Notes: a model not told the origin generated them from the letters alone. DNA of 64,000 bases from Candidatus Multivoradales bacterium (GCA_965223855.1 CBDCXM010000008.1:1-64000), one strand, 5' to 3'; counted from the stretch's first letter, positions 29,316 through 39,539 are shown. Made by a program: numbers and translations.

Positions 29316-30692
29316 ATGGCCGTTGAGAACGGGCCGCGGCTGCTGAGCCGCGCCGTCGATTCGTGCCTTCGCAGGGAGCCGCGGCGGATCGTGCTCGAGA
29401 TCGGCGGGCGCTCCTTCACCGGACGCGAGCTGCTCGACCAGGCGCGCGCCATGGCGCAGCGCCTTGCGGCGCCGCCGCACAGGCTGGTCGCCCTTCGCGC
29501 GGAGAACGGGCCGTGGTTTCTCGCGGCAATGCTCGCGATCTGGCTCAGGGACTGCGCAGTCGCGCTGCTCGACCCTTCGCTCAGCCGATCGAGGGCGGCG
29601 GAGATCGCGGCCGCTCTCGGCGCAGCCGCGAGCTGCAGCGCCGACCCTGCAGGAATCCGGGTCACGCAGATGGGCGGAGAGGCGGCCCTCGCCTCGTCGA
29701 CGGCAGTCGTCAAGATGACTTCCGGCAGTTCGGGAGAGCCACGCGGGGTCCTCACTTCGGGGCGGGCTCTGCTCGCCGACGAAGGCCAGCTTGCCACGAC
29801 GATGGGGATCCGAGCTTCGGATCGGATCCTCGGCGCCGTGCCGATGTCGCACTCCTACGGGCTCTCGAGTGTCGCCTTGCCGGCGCTCGTCAGGGGCAGC
29901 CGGGTGCTGGTACCCGAAACCGACCATCCGCTCGCTCCGCTGAAACTGGCACGCGACGGCGGCGCCTCCGTCCTCCCCACCGTTCCGGCGTTCCTCCAGG
30001 CGGTCGTGCCGTTGCGATCGGCGCCCCCGCTCCCTTCGAGCCTCAAGTTGATCTTCAGTGCCGGAGCGCCGCTCGGAGCCTCGACGGCAGCTGCCTTCGA
30101 GGAGCGTTTCGGACACCGGGTCAGGGTCTTCTACGGCGCGAGCGAATGCGGAGGCATCACGTTCGATCGCACCGGTGAGGCGGCGCTCGAGGGGACTCTC
30201 GGGACCCCGGTCGACGGCGTGGAGGTCTTCCTCGACGGGGACGGCGGCACCGAGGGCTCGGTTTGCGTGCGCTCTCCTGCCGTCGCCAGCGGCTATCTGC
30301 CGATCGAGAACCAGGGGTTGTCGGATGGGATCTTCCGCACCAGCGACAGGGCGCGCTGGCGCGGCGATCGCCTGGAGCTTCTGGGCCGCGACGACGACCT
30401 GATCAACGTCCGTGGCAGGAAGGTCAGACCGCGCCGCGTCGAGATCGTCCTCGAGCGGCATCCCAGCGTTGCGGAAGTCTCGGTCTTCGGCCTGCCCGTA
30501 CAGGGAACCGATCTGGTGACCGCCGTCGTCGCCGCGCGGCAGCCGGTCGAGCGAACGGCGATACTCGACTGGTGTCGTCGACACCTGGATCGGCACGAAG
30601 TGCCGCGGCGTCTTCGAATCGTCGACACACTGCCCCGCACCTCGCGAGGGAAAATCGATCGCGAGCGCCTGCGCGCCCTGGCAGGACCATGA
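29316..30692 (+). CDS. AMP-dependent acyl-CoA/acyl-ACP ligase
   Basis: 'TSGSSGEPRG', 'YGASECG', 'RTSD', 'PRTSRGK'. Confidence 0.88.
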   Translation: MAVENGPRLLSRAVDSCLRREPRRIVLEIGGRSFTGRELLDQARAMAQRLAAPPHRLVALRAENGPWFLAAMLAIWLRDCAVALLDPSLSRSRAAEIAAALGAAASCSADPAGIRVTQMGGEAALASSTAVVKMTSGSSGEPRGVLTSGRALLADEGQLATTMGIRASDRILGAVPMSHSYGLSSVALPALVRGSRVLVPETDHPLAPLKLARDGGASVLPTVPAFLQAVVPLRSAPPLPSSLKLIFSAGAPLGASTAAAFEERFGHRVRVFYGASECGGITFDRTGEAALEGTLGTPVDGVEVFLDGDGGTEGSVCVRSPAVASGYLPIENQGLSDGIFRTSDRARWRGDRLELLGRDDDLINVRGRKVRPRRVEIVLERHPSVAEVSVFGLPVQGTDLVTAVVAARQPVERTAILDWCRRHLDRHEVPRRLRIVDTLPRTSRGKIDRERLRALAGP

Positions 30693-32215
30693 GCGCTTTC
30701 CGCTCCTGGACCGTCGCGTCGTTCGTCGCCGCCACTGCGCTCGGTGGCGCGGCCGCAAAAGGGGCGGTTCCGGACGCGCCCGTCGGGGAATCACAGGCGC
30801 TCGGATCCCTCGAGATCCGAGACTTCGCCCTCGACAACGGCATGCGATTCCTCGTCGTGGAGCGCCCGTCGATGCCGACCGTCGAGGCCGGATGGGTCGT
30901 CGCCACAGGTTCCGCAGCCGAGGAAGAGGGTCGCACCGGAGTCGCACACCTGCTGGAGCACATGCTCTTCAAGGGCTCGGCCACCATCGGCTCCCGTGAC
31001 TGGCCACGGGAGAAAGATCTGCTCGAGCGGCTGCAGGCGATCGAATCGAGCCTCGCCCGCACCCGCTCGGAGCCGCAGAGCGCCGACGCGGAGCGGCTCG
31101 CCGCCGAGGTGCGATCGCTCGAGGCCGCGGCGGCCGATCTCGTCACCCTCGGCGCCTTCTCGCTCGAGTACTCCCGGGAAGGAGCGACCCGTCTCAACGC
31201 CAACACCAGCGCGGACAGCACCCTGTACTACGTCACTCTGCCGCGCGAGAAGGTCGAGCTCTGGTTCTGGCTCGAGTCAGATCGGCTGTCGTCACCGGTG
31301 TTCAGGGAGTTGCCGAAGGAGATCCGGGTCGTCGGCGAGGAGTATCGCAACCGCATCGAGGCCGATCCTGTCGGCGAGGCGGATCTGCGCGCCCGCGAAA
31401 GCTTCTGGTCGGCGCTCTTCGAGCCCGCCAGCCCCTACGGTCGATCGACGATGGGAGAACCCGGCGATGTCCGGCGAGCCACTAGGGGCCAACTGAGAGC
31501 CTTCTTCGACCGGTATTACCGGCCCGAGCAGCTCACCGCGGTCCTGGTCGGCGCCGTCGATGCCGTGGAAGTGGAACGGCTGGCTCGCCGCTACTTCGGC
31601 CGCCTCGGGAGCCGCGGGCCGGTGGCGTCGCGCAGCCCCGACGCGCGCCAGCGCGACGGCATCGACCGACTCGATCTCACCTGTGACTGCCCGGCGCAGG
31701 TGAGGGTCCGCTACCCCACCGTCCCGTTCGGTCACGACGACCAGTTCGCCCTTCAGGGACTCGCCGGCCTGCTCAACGGACGCGCCGGGCGTCTCTACCG
31801 CAGTCTCGTTCTCGACCAGGGGCTCGCGTTCGCCGCCTTCGCCCGGCAGCGCCCGCTCCGCCATGCGGGAGTCTTCGAAGTCACCCTCGAGGCCCGTGGC
31901 GATACCCCGCTTCAGGCTCTCGTCGACGCCTGGGACCGGGAGATCGGACGACTGCTGGACGAGCCGCCGGCAGCGCAGGAGTGGACGCGCACGCGGCGTC
32001 GGCTCGAGACCGAGCATCTCGACGCGCTGAAGGACCCCCACCTGCTGATGCGACGGCTTCTCCTGTACGCCGGCCTCGGCGACTGGCGGGTGCTCGGCGA
32101 CTGGCCCCGACGCCTCGGGTCGGTCACCCCCGAAGAGCTGTCCCAGGCGGCGCGCCGCCACCTGCGCCCGGATCGGCGCGCCATCGCCTTCTACCGGCCC
32201 GAGGCGAGTCCATGA
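30689..32215 (+). CDS. M16 (pitrilysin) zinc peptidase, active subunit
   Basis: 'GVAHLLEHMLFKG' (HxxEH), 'NANTSAD', signal peptide. Confidence 0.92.
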   Translation: MSAFRSWTVASFVAATALGGAAAKGAVPDAPVGESQALGSLEIRDFALDNGMRFLVVERPSMPTVEAGWVVATGSAAEEEGRTGVAHLLEHMLFKGSATIGSRDWPREKDLLERLQAIESSLARTRSEPQSADAERLAAEVRSLEAAAADLVTLGAFSLEYSREGATRLNANTSADSTLYYVTLPREKVELWFWLESDRLSSPVFRELPKEIRVVGEEYRNRIEADPVGEADLRARESFWSALFEPASPYGRSTMGEPGDVRRATRGQLRAFFDRYYRPEQLTAVLVGAVDAVEVERLARRYFGRLGSRGPVASRSPDARQRDGIDRLDLTCDCPAQVRVRYPTVPFGHDDQFALQGLAGLLNGRAGRLYRSLVLDQGLAFAAFARQRPLRHAGVFEVTLEARGDTPLQALVDAWDREIGRLLDEPPAAQEWTRTRRRLETEHLDALKDPHLLMRRLLLYAGLGDWRVLGDWPRRLGSVTPEELSQAARRHLRPDRRAIAFYRPEASP

Positions 32216-33756
32216 CGATTCGCACGGCGGTGCTCGCCCTGGCAACGCTGAGCGGCGTGGGCGCCCTGCCGGCACAGGAGGCTCCGCTTCCGGCGCACCC
32301 GCGTGATCTCGTCTTCCCCGAGGCAACGTGGCGTCCTCCCGATGCCTCAGCCCTTCGACACGAACTCCCGGGGGGAGCCACCGCCTATGTCCTGACCGAT
32401 CGCTCGCTGCCGCTGGTCGATCTGGTAGTGGTCGCCCGCAACGGCGGTCATCTCGACCCTCCCGGCCTTCGTGGCCTCGCCGAGATGACGACGACCCTGC
32501 TGCGCAGAGGCGGAGCGGGCGACCGCAGCTCCGAAGCGTTCGACCGTCGCGCCGACGAGCTCGGTGCGCGCCTCTTCTCGGTACCGACGATGCTCTACGG
32601 GGCCGCGGGCCTGAGATGCACCTCGGACGTGGTGCCCGAAGCGCTCGACCTGCTGCTCGACATGCTGGCCAGCCCCCGCTTCGAGGAGGCGCGGTGGCGC
32701 AACACCGTGGCCAACACTCGCGAAGCGTTGTCGCGTCGCAACCTCGACTCCCGACAGGTTCTCGAGCGGGAGTTCGACTGGCTGCTCTTCGGCGAGCGGC
32801 ACTTCTCCACCCGACCCATCCGCTCCTCGGACCTTCAGGCGATGACCCCCGCCGAGCTCGCAGCCTTTCACCGTCGTCACTGGGCGCCGTCGGGCTTCGT
32901 CCTGGCGGTCGCAGGGGACATCGACGCCGAGCAACTGCGCGGGCACCTGGCATCTCGCTTGAGAGACTGGCCGGGCGAACCCGACGGCTCGGCCGCGCCC
33001 CCATGGCCGCCACCCGGCCCGGACGAACCGGCTCGGGCAGGCCTGTTTCACATCGATGCCGACATTCCTCAGGCGAGGTTCCTCTTAGGCCATCGTGCTC
33101 CCGTCCTCCCGGCGACGGTCAAGGAACGGGTGGAACTCGAGGTAGTGGCGGAGATTCTCGGCGGTCGCGGCGCGATCTCCCGCCTCGGGGGCAGGCTTCG
33201 ATCTTCCGAAGGGCTGGTCTACTCGATCGCTGCCGACTTCGACCCCGGCGACCTGTGGCCCGGCTCGTATCGCATCCGCTTCGACACGAGGGCCGACCAG
33301 GCGGCTCGCGCCCTCCAGGCGACCCTCCAGGAGCTGCGTCGCATGATCGACACTGTGCCGAAGCCCGGAGAATTGGAGACCGTCAAGCTGGAGCTCAAGG
33401 CTCGTCGTCGGCAGGAGTTCGACACGGCCGAGGAGGCGGTCGGCCTGCTGGTGCAGGACGCTCTCGTCGGCAGACCGGCCGAGTACCGGTCCGACTACGA
33501 GCGGCTGCTGGACGCGGTGACACCCGAGGCGGTGGCCGCTGCTGCCGCCCGCCATCTGAATCCCGACGCGCTGACGATCGTCGTCGCGGGCCGATGGGAC
33601 GAACTGGCAGGAGCGGTCTACGCCGACGGTCGAACGGAGCTCGAAAGGATCGCGGGCTCTTCCGTCGAGCCTCTGCCGACTCGCGATCCACTGACCCTCG
33701 CTCAGCCCGCGGGGACGGCGCGCAAGGCCGGGCCGCACTCCGGGCCGGACAGCTAG
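32212..33756 (+). CDS. M16 peptidase partner subunit (no HxxEH)
   Basis: M16 fold ('DRSLPLV', 'LRSSEGLVYSI'), translationally coupled to the previous gene. Confidence 0.88.
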   Translation: MTIRTAVLALATLSGVGALPAQEAPLPAHPRDLVFPEATWRPPDASALRHELPGGATAYVLTDRSLPLVDLVVVARNGGHLDPPGLRGLAEMTTTLLRRGGAGDRSSEAFDRRADELGARLFSVPTMLYGAAGLRCTSDVVPEALDLLLDMLASPRFEEARWRNTVANTREALSRRNLDSRQVLEREFDWLLFGERHFSTRPIRSSDLQAMTPAELAAFHRRHWAPSGFVLAVAGDIDAEQLRGHLASRLRDWPGEPDGSAAPPWPPPGPDEPARAGLFHIDADIPQARFLLGHRAPVLPATVKERVELEVVAEILGGRGAISRLGGRLRSSEGLVYSIAADFDPGDLWPGSYRIRFDTRADQAARALQATLQELRRMIDTVPKPGELETVKLELKARRRQEFDTAEEAVGLLVQDALVGRPAEYRSDYERLLDAVTPEAVAAAAARHLNPDALTIVVAGRWDELAGAVYADGRTELERIAGSSVEPLPTRDPLTLAQPAGTARKAGPHSGPDS

Positions 33757-33763
33757 CCCGGCG

Positions 33764-36145
33764 CTACTCGGCGACGAGCTTCCGCGCGGCGGCGACCACG
33801 TCGTCCTCGCCCGGAAGGTAGTCGTGCTCGAGGGGGGGCGCGTAGGGAACCGGTGTGTCGGGCGCCGTGACTCTCCGGATCGGGGCGTCGAGGTCGTAGA
33901 AGAGGTCGTCGGCGATCCTCGCCGCCAGTTCTCCAGCGAAGCCTCCCCTGCGGGTGTCCTCATGAAGCACCAGCATCCTGCTGGTCTTGCGCACCGAGGC
34001 AAACAGAGCCTCTTCGTCCAGCGGCACGAGAGTGCGCAGGTCGAGCACCTCGGCCTCGATGCCCTCCTCCTGCAGCCTGCCGGCAGCCGCGAAAGCGGTC
34101 CAGACCATCGCTCCGTACGTGGCGATCGTCAGATCCTCGCCCGATCGACGCACGGCCGCCTTCCCGAGCGGTACCCGCACTGCGGAGCCGGTCGGTACCT
34201 CCTCGCGAAGATCGGTCCTGAAGAAGCCGTAAAGACCCTTCGCTTCGAGGAAGAGAACCGGCCCTTCGTCGTCGATCGCCGCCAACAGGAGGCCTTTCGC
34301 GTCTGCCGGCGTCGAGGGAGCGACGATCTTCCACCCCGGCGTGCGGACGAACCACATCTCGGGACACTGGCTGTGGAAAGGCCCCCCACCCAGGAGCGGC
34401 GTGTGCGTACCGGTCGCTCCGCCGTAGGGCAGCCGGACGACCATCGGCACCTCTCTCCCCCAGCGCCAGTAGACCTTCGCCGCGTTGTTGACGAGTGCAT
34501 TGAAGGCGGGCGCGAGGAAGTCGGCGAACTGCATCTCCACCACCGGTCGGAACCCCAGGAGCGCCGAGCCGACACCGCAACCGACGATCGCCGACTCCGC
34601 GAGCGGCGTATTGAGGCAACGCTCGGGGCCGAACTCCTTGGCCAGCCCGCGGGTCACACCGAACGCGCCGCCGTAGCGCCCACCGACGTCCTCTCCCAGC
34701 AGATAGACCCGCTCGTTCGCCCGCATCGCCTCTCGGAGCCCGTCCCGAACGGCTTCGTCGTAGGACATGCGCCTGGTCGCCGACCCGGCATCCGGCGCGC
34801 GCTCGGGAGGTGGCGGCGGGTAGACACGGGAACGATACTCGTCCGGATCGGGCCACGGTGCGGAAGCGGCAATCTCCGCAGCGGCCGCTACCTGAGCCTC
34901 ACACTCCTCGGCCATCCGGCGTTGGGCGTCGCGATCGAGCACGCCCGCCTCTGCGAGGCGATCGCCGAACAGGACCACCGGATCGACCGCCTCCCAGGCG
35001 GCAGCTTCCTCCGGGAACTCGTAGCCCGGGATCTTCGCCTCCGGGCTGCCGTGGAACCTGTCGTCGTCATGGTGAGCGTGTCCGGACCGACGGTAGCTGA
35101 CCAGCTCGATCAGAGTCGGTCCATGGCCGGATCTCGCTCTCTCCGCCGCCCAGGTGACGCCCGCGGCGATCTCCTCGGGGTCGTTGCCGAAGAGCGTCAC
35201 TCCGGGAATTCCGTAGCCGGCGGCGCGCAACGAGAAGCGGCGGGCCGCCGACTGCTCGCTGACGTGGGTCCCCAACGCCCACTGGTTGTTCTCGATGACG
35301 AACACCAGATTCAGCTTCTGCACCGCGGCGAAGTTGATCGCCTCGTGCCACTCCCCGAGGCTCGCGCCGCCCTCGCCGATGAAGGTCACTCCCACGCGGT
35401 CCTCGTCGGCAAGCCGGAAGCCGTAGGCGATGCCGAGCATCGTCTGAACCGCGACTGCCAGCGGCGCCGCAGGCGGAAGGACGCCATGATCGAAGTCGCC
35501 GGTATGAAGGTCCCGGCCGCCGACCGGCGTGCCGGTCTTCCCGTACTGCACGAGGATCGGATGCAGCGGATCCGGCAGGAACATGAGCAGCGCGCCCAGG
35601 TCGCGAATCAGCGGTGCAATGACGTCTCCCTGGTAGTCCGCACCCGGTGGATACGCCGGAGGGCGCCGGAGTCGCAGCGCTGCGCCGACGATCGCCTCCT
35701 GGCCGGTGGAACGGAACCCTTTCTGCGGTGACGGGTAGTCTCCCCACGCCACCTCCTTGCGGTCGAACGCCGTCTTGAGATGCCCGTCCACCGCTCGAGT
35801 GAGGAGCATGCCGCGCAGGAGCGCCTCGCGCTCCTCGGGCGCGAGGCTCCGCCGGATCCTCCGTCGCTCGAAGAAGCCACGGACTGCGACCTCGAGCGCA
35901 CCGCGCTCACCGGCAACCGCCTCGCCATGGGTGAGGCCGGGGTAGAGGGACACGTCCGAGTACCTCGGGCCCGTTCTGAAACGATGGTCGATGCGCTCGA
36001 CCAGCGCGGTCTCGAGCTCCTCTTCGCTCGCTGCACGCGGCAGATCGCGGATCAGAAAGGGGGCCTCGAGGCTCAGAAAGCCGTGGAGATCGCGCAACAG
36101 GGTCTCGGAGAGCATCGCTCCACCCGCTGGTGAGGGCTCGTTCAT
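33764..36145 (-). CDS. 2-oxoacid dehydrogenase E1, fused alpha/beta
   Basis: ThDP motif 'IGEGG...IENN', 'GEDVGG', 'NTPLAES', 'EMQFADF', 'FHSQ'. Confidence 0.92.
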   Translation of the reverse strand: MNEPSPAGGAMLSETLLRDLHGFLSLEAPFLIRDLPRAASEEELETALVERIDHRFRTGPRYSDVSLYPGLTHGEAVAGERGALEVAVRGFFERRRIRRSLAPEEREALLRGMLLTRAVDGHLKTAFDRKEVAWGDYPSPQKGFRSTGQEAIVGAALRLRRPPAYPPGADYQGDVIAPLIRDLGALLMFLPDPLHPILVQYGKTGTPVGGRDLHTGDFDHGVLPPAAPLAVAVQTMLGIAYGFRLADEDRVGVTFIGEGGASLGEWHEAINFAAVQKLNLVFVIENNQWALGTHVSEQSAARRFSLRAAGYGIPGVTLFGNDPEEIAAGVTWAAERARSGHGPTLIELVSYRRSGHAHHDDDRFHGSPEAKIPGYEFPEEAAAWEAVDPVVLFGDRLAEAGVLDRDAQRRMAEECEAQVAAAAEIAASAPWPDPDEYRSRVYPPPPPERAPDAGSATRRMSYDEAVRDGLREAMRANERVYLLGEDVGGRYGGAFGVTRGLAKEFGPERCLNTPLAESAIVGCGVGSALLGFRPVVEMQFADFLAPAFNALVNNAAKVYWRWGREVPMVVRLPYGGATGTHTPLLGGGPFHSQCPEMWFVRTPGWKIVAPSTPADAKGLLLAAIDDEGPVLFLEAKGLYGFFRTDLREEVPTGSAVRVPLGKAAVRRSGEDLTIATYGAMVWTAFAAAGRLQEEGIEAEVLDLRTLVPLDEEALFASVRKTSRMLVLHEDTRRGGFAGELAARIADDLFYDLDAPIRRVTAPDTPVPYAPPLEHDYLPGEDDVVAAARKLVAE

Positions 36146-36242
36146 CGGCGGGCTAGTATACGGACGGAGTCGGCGATGCCGCCGGGCCGGTCGCGACCCG
36201 GTGATAGCGTCCACGACTCGCCATCCTCCGCCGGTATCCTGC

Positions 36243-39089
36243 GTGAAGTCCTCGACTCAAATCCTGAGCTCGTTTCTGCGCGGCGTTCGTTTCCTCTTCG
36301 ACTCCGCTGCTGCGGCCGTCTTCGTGCCTCCTCCTTCCGACGGCAGCCTCGAGCCGATTCTGGTGCATGACGGCGATCGGGACGCCTTGCACGAGTTCCG
36401 GTCGGTCGAGGCCGCCCAGAGCACGGTGGAGCAGCTGATGGCCGGAGGGCGGGTCGCAGACAGGAGACCCGCGGGCGACTCCGGCGGCGTCTGGATCCTG
36501 CCGATGGTCTCCGCCCCTCCGAAGCCCGCGGATCCACCCACGACCTCTCGACGCGCGGCCGACAACGATCCCGCCAGAAGGCCTCGAGCCTACCTCGCCG
36601 TCCACATCGACTCCGGCTCCGGGCAGGTGGACGATGCCGGGACGTCCGACCCGCGATGGCAGTGGGTGCGGGAGTTCGGAGCCGATCTGGCCGAGCAGGC
36701 GATCAGGGTCCACAGCACCCTGCGCGACCCGGTAACCGGCCTGGCAGACCGCATCGGCTTCCAGGCACTGCTCTCGGACCAGGTGGAGAGGGCGACGCAG
36801 GCAGGCACCTGGCTCTCTCTGGTCCTCATCAACCCTCACAACTTCGGTCAGGTCAACGAGCGCTTCGGCAGGTTCTCGGGAGACAAGGTGCTGCGCGAGG
36901 TCGCAGAGCTGATCTGCGACACGCTGCGGGAATCGGATCCGGTGTCTCGCTACGGCGGTGCGATCTTCGGCGCGCTGCTCCCTGCCACCCCTCCCGAGGA
37001 CGCCACGACCGTGGCGCACAAGCTCGTCCATACCGTGCGCGACAGCACGTTCCTGGACGGTGATGTCCGTCTCGAGCTGTGCTGCGGCGTCGCGTCCCTC
37101 GACCCGGGCGACCAGCCCCTCGGAGACCCTCTCGACCTCCTCAGGAGGGCCGACCTCGCTCTCAACCGGGCGCGGCGCGAGGGGGAGGGTGCGGTGGACG
37201 TGTGGGGGAAGGCTGGAGGTGAGGCAGAGGAGGGTCGCGTCGAGTCGGGGAGGATCAGCGAGCTCTTCAGCGGTGATCTTGCTCGCGACTACCGGAACAT
37301 GGCGCTGCTGCGGGACGCGGTCGACCTCGTCGCCGACACCCACGACCTCGAGACCCTGGCCGGAGCCGTCGTCGAACGGCTCTACTCCGCCTGCAAGGCC
37401 GAGCGGGTCGGGCTGTTCCGTCGCGCCGACGGTCAGCCTCAGCTGGTGCGCGGAATCGCTCGCCCCTCGACTCCGGTCGGAGCGCGACGGGAGACGTTCG
37501 AGCTCGAGCCCGCACCCGCCGCTCTCCTCGCCTCCGCCATGGAGCAGGCTTCCGTCCAGAGCCGGCCCGTGGAGATCGGAGACGGGCGGACTCACCTCGC
37601 CTTCGCAGTGCCGATCGTGGCCGGCGGCGAGGCGATCGGCGGCTTTTACATCGACGGAGCCGTCGAGTCGATCGACGTCGATGCAACCGACCTGATCTTC
37701 TTCAAAGCACTCTCTTCCCAGCTCTCGATCGCCCTCGAGCGAGCGCAACTCGAATCGAGCCGCAGCTCGAGCAGACTCGAGGAGGAGCTCCTCGAGCTGC
37801 GCACCGCAGTTCAAGAGAGCCAGCTGGTCCACACGTCAGAGTCGATGGCCCAGCTCCTGGACGCGGTCGATCGGGTCGGGCCGACCGAAGCTACGATCCT
37901 CATCACCGGCGAGAGCGGCACGGGCAAGGAGATGATCGCTCGCCGGCTTCACGAGTCGAGCGCACGCCGTCGCCGCGGCCTGACGGTCGTCGATTGCGCC
38001 GCCATCGCGCCGACTCTGATCGACAGCGAGCTGTTCGGCCACGACCAGGGTGCCTACACGGGCGCCCAGAGGCGCCGTTCCGGCAGGCTCGCCGAGGCCG
38101 ACGGCGGGACCGTCCTGCTCGACGAGGTCGGCGAGCTTCCGGTCGAGGTCCAGAGCCGCCTGTTGCGGTTCGTGCAGGAGAAGCAGATCACCCTGGTCGG
38201 CGAATCCCGGCCGCGCAAGATCGACGTCAGAATCCTCGCTGCGACGAATCGCGATCTCGAAGAGGAAGCGCGCGCCGGTCGGTTCCGGGAGGATCTCTAC
38301 CACCGTCTGAACGTCGTGAGGCTGGACGTGCCGCCTCTGCGCGACCGCCCGGACGACGTCGTCTTCCTCGCCGAGCACTTTCTCTCCCAGTTCTGCGATC
38401 AATACGGCAAGGTGGGCGCCCACCTCACCGCGGACGCCAGGGAGGCTCTCGTGCGCTACGACTGGCCCGGCAACGTCCGGGAGCTGCAGAACCGGATGCT
38501 GCAGGCGGTGATCCTGCTCGAAGGTCGCGCGCTGGCGGCAGCCAGTCTCGGGCTTCCTTCGGAACCGGCGCCACGAGTCGTCCAACGTTCTCGACCGGAG
38601 AAGGCTCCGAGAGCCGGCGCGACCGTCGAAGAGGCGCTCGACGAGTTGAGGCTCATCCTGCGCGGTCAGATCGAGGCGATCGTCGATCGCAGCCGGGCGG
38701 TCCATCTCCCGCTCGGGAAGTGGCTGGCGGAGGACCTTCTCGCCGAGGCCGACCTGGCCGAGGGAGGCACCGCCAGAAGGGCCGCGCAGCGTATCGGGCT
38801 GGCTGAGACGACCTACCGGCGTCGCCTTGCCCAGGCACAGGCCCGCGAACGCGCCGGGCTCGCTCCGAGGCCCGACGGGTGGCTGGACGTTCGCGAGGCG
38901 TTGACCCGACTCCTGCACGCCTCCGATCGCGACGGAAAGCCGCTGCTGAAGCTGGCCGAGGCGGCACTGCTCGACGAGATCGTCTCGCAGCTCGAGGGGG
39001 ACGAGGTCACGGGAGCCGCGCTCCTGGGAGTCACTCTACCGACGTACCGACGGCGCATCGAGAGTTGGCTGGACAGCGCCGGCACCTGA
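36243..39089 (+). CDS. Sigma54-dependent enhancer-binding protein with degenerate GGDEF and GAF domains
   Basis: 'RDPVTGL...RESDPVSRYGGAIF', GAF-like region, 'GESGTGKE', 'GAYTGA', 'LLDEVGE', 'WPGNVREL', two HTH-like segments; start approximate. Confidence 0.9.
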   Translation: MKSSTQILSSFLRGVRFLFDSAAAAVFVPPPSDGSLEPILVHDGDRDALHEFRSVEAAQSTVEQLMAGGRVADRRPAGDSGGVWILPMVSAPPKPADPPTTSRRAADNDPARRPRAYLAVHIDSGSGQVDDAGTSDPRWQWVREFGADLAEQAIRVHSTLRDPVTGLADRIGFQALLSDQVERATQAGTWLSLVLINPHNFGQVNERFGRFSGDKVLREVAELICDTLRESDPVSRYGGAIFGALLPATPPEDATTVAHKLVHTVRDSTFLDGDVRLELCCGVASLDPGDQPLGDPLDLLRRADLALNRARREGEGAVDVWGKAGGEAEEGRVESGRISELFSGDLARDYRNMALLRDAVDLVADTHDLETLAGAVVERLYSACKAERVGLFRRADGQPQLVRGIARPSTPVGARRETFELEPAPAALLASAMEQASVQSRPVEIGDGRTHLAFAVPIVAGGEAIGGFYIDGAVESIDVDATDLIFFKALSSQLSIALERAQLESSRSSSRLEEELLELRTAVQESQLVHTSESMAQLLDAVDRVGPTEATILITGESGTGKEMIARRLHESSARRRRGLTVVDCAAIAPTLIDSELFGHDQGAYTGAQRRRSGRLAEADGGTVLLDEVGELPVEVQSRLLRFVQEKQITLVGESRPRKIDVRILAATNRDLEEEARAGRFREDLYHRLNVVRLDVPPLRDRPDDVVFLAEHFLSQFCDQYGKVGAHLTADAREALVRYDWPGNVRELQNRMLQAVILLEGRALAAASLGLPSEPAPRVVQRSRPEKAPRAGATVEEALDELRLILRGQIEAIVDRSRAVHLPLGKWLAEDLLAEADLAEGGTARRAAQRIGLAETTYRRRLAQAQARERAGLAPRPDGWLDVREALTRLLHASDRDGKPLLKLAEAALLDEIVSQLEGDEVTGAALLGVTLPTYRRRIESWLDSAGT

Positions 39090-39111
39090 CAGACCGGACC
39101 TGACAGACCGG
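39084..39111. repeat. Perfect 14-bp tandem duplication ACCTGACAGACCGG x2 across the activator stop codon
   Basis: Read directly from the sequence. Confidence 0.8.
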
Positions 39112-39205
39112 GCAGCGCAGAGCCCTCTCCCTCGAGGGGATACCGTCCCACCTCCACCCGCCGGCCACTCGGGTCCGAGGGCTCGGAGGGAGCGTGTTCC
39201 GACCC

Positions 39206-39225
39206 GCCTCGCCGCCCGGCGAGGC
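39206..39225. terminator. GC-rich hairpin between convergent transcripts
   Basis: GCCTCGCCG-CC-CGGCGAGGC inverted repeat; no clear U tract. Confidence 0.4.
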
Positions 39226-39286
39226 AGGGACTGAAGGGTGACTTCATCTCATCCGGCGCAGTCCTGTTGTCTCAGGGCCGGGACAG

Positions 39287-39457
39287 CTAGCCGCGGGAAG
39301 GGTCGACCAGAGGGGCCGGCGGCTCGTCGTCGCCGGTATCACCCTTCTCGTCGATGTAGTCCGAGGGACGGGCGAGGAATCCCTGATCGGCGCCCGTATC
39401 GGTCGCGGGGAGAACGGGGAGGACGGTCAGCATGAGGGCGAGAATCAGTCGAAGCAT
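39287..39457 (-). CDS. Small secreted peptide copy 3, 56 aa: MLRLILALMLTVLPVLPATDTGADQGFLARPSDYIDEKGDTGDDEPPAPLVDPSRG
   Basis: Translated by hand; AAGGA RBS upstream; paralog of the two neighbouring ORFs. Confidence 0.88.
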   Translation of the reverse strand: MLRLILALMLTVLPVLPATDTGADQGFLARPSDYIDEKGDTGDDEPPAPLVDPSRG

Positions 39458-39539
39458 GGGTAGGGTCCTTTTTCAGAGGTTGAGCGCCTCCGGCGTGGGA
39501 AGGAGGCTCGTTCCAGCGGTGTCCTGACGGGAAGCTGGG

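Noticed and set aside
38813-39247. A fourth peptide copy downstream of the triplet
   Set aside because: The ORF has no similarity to the core and overlaps the activator antisense
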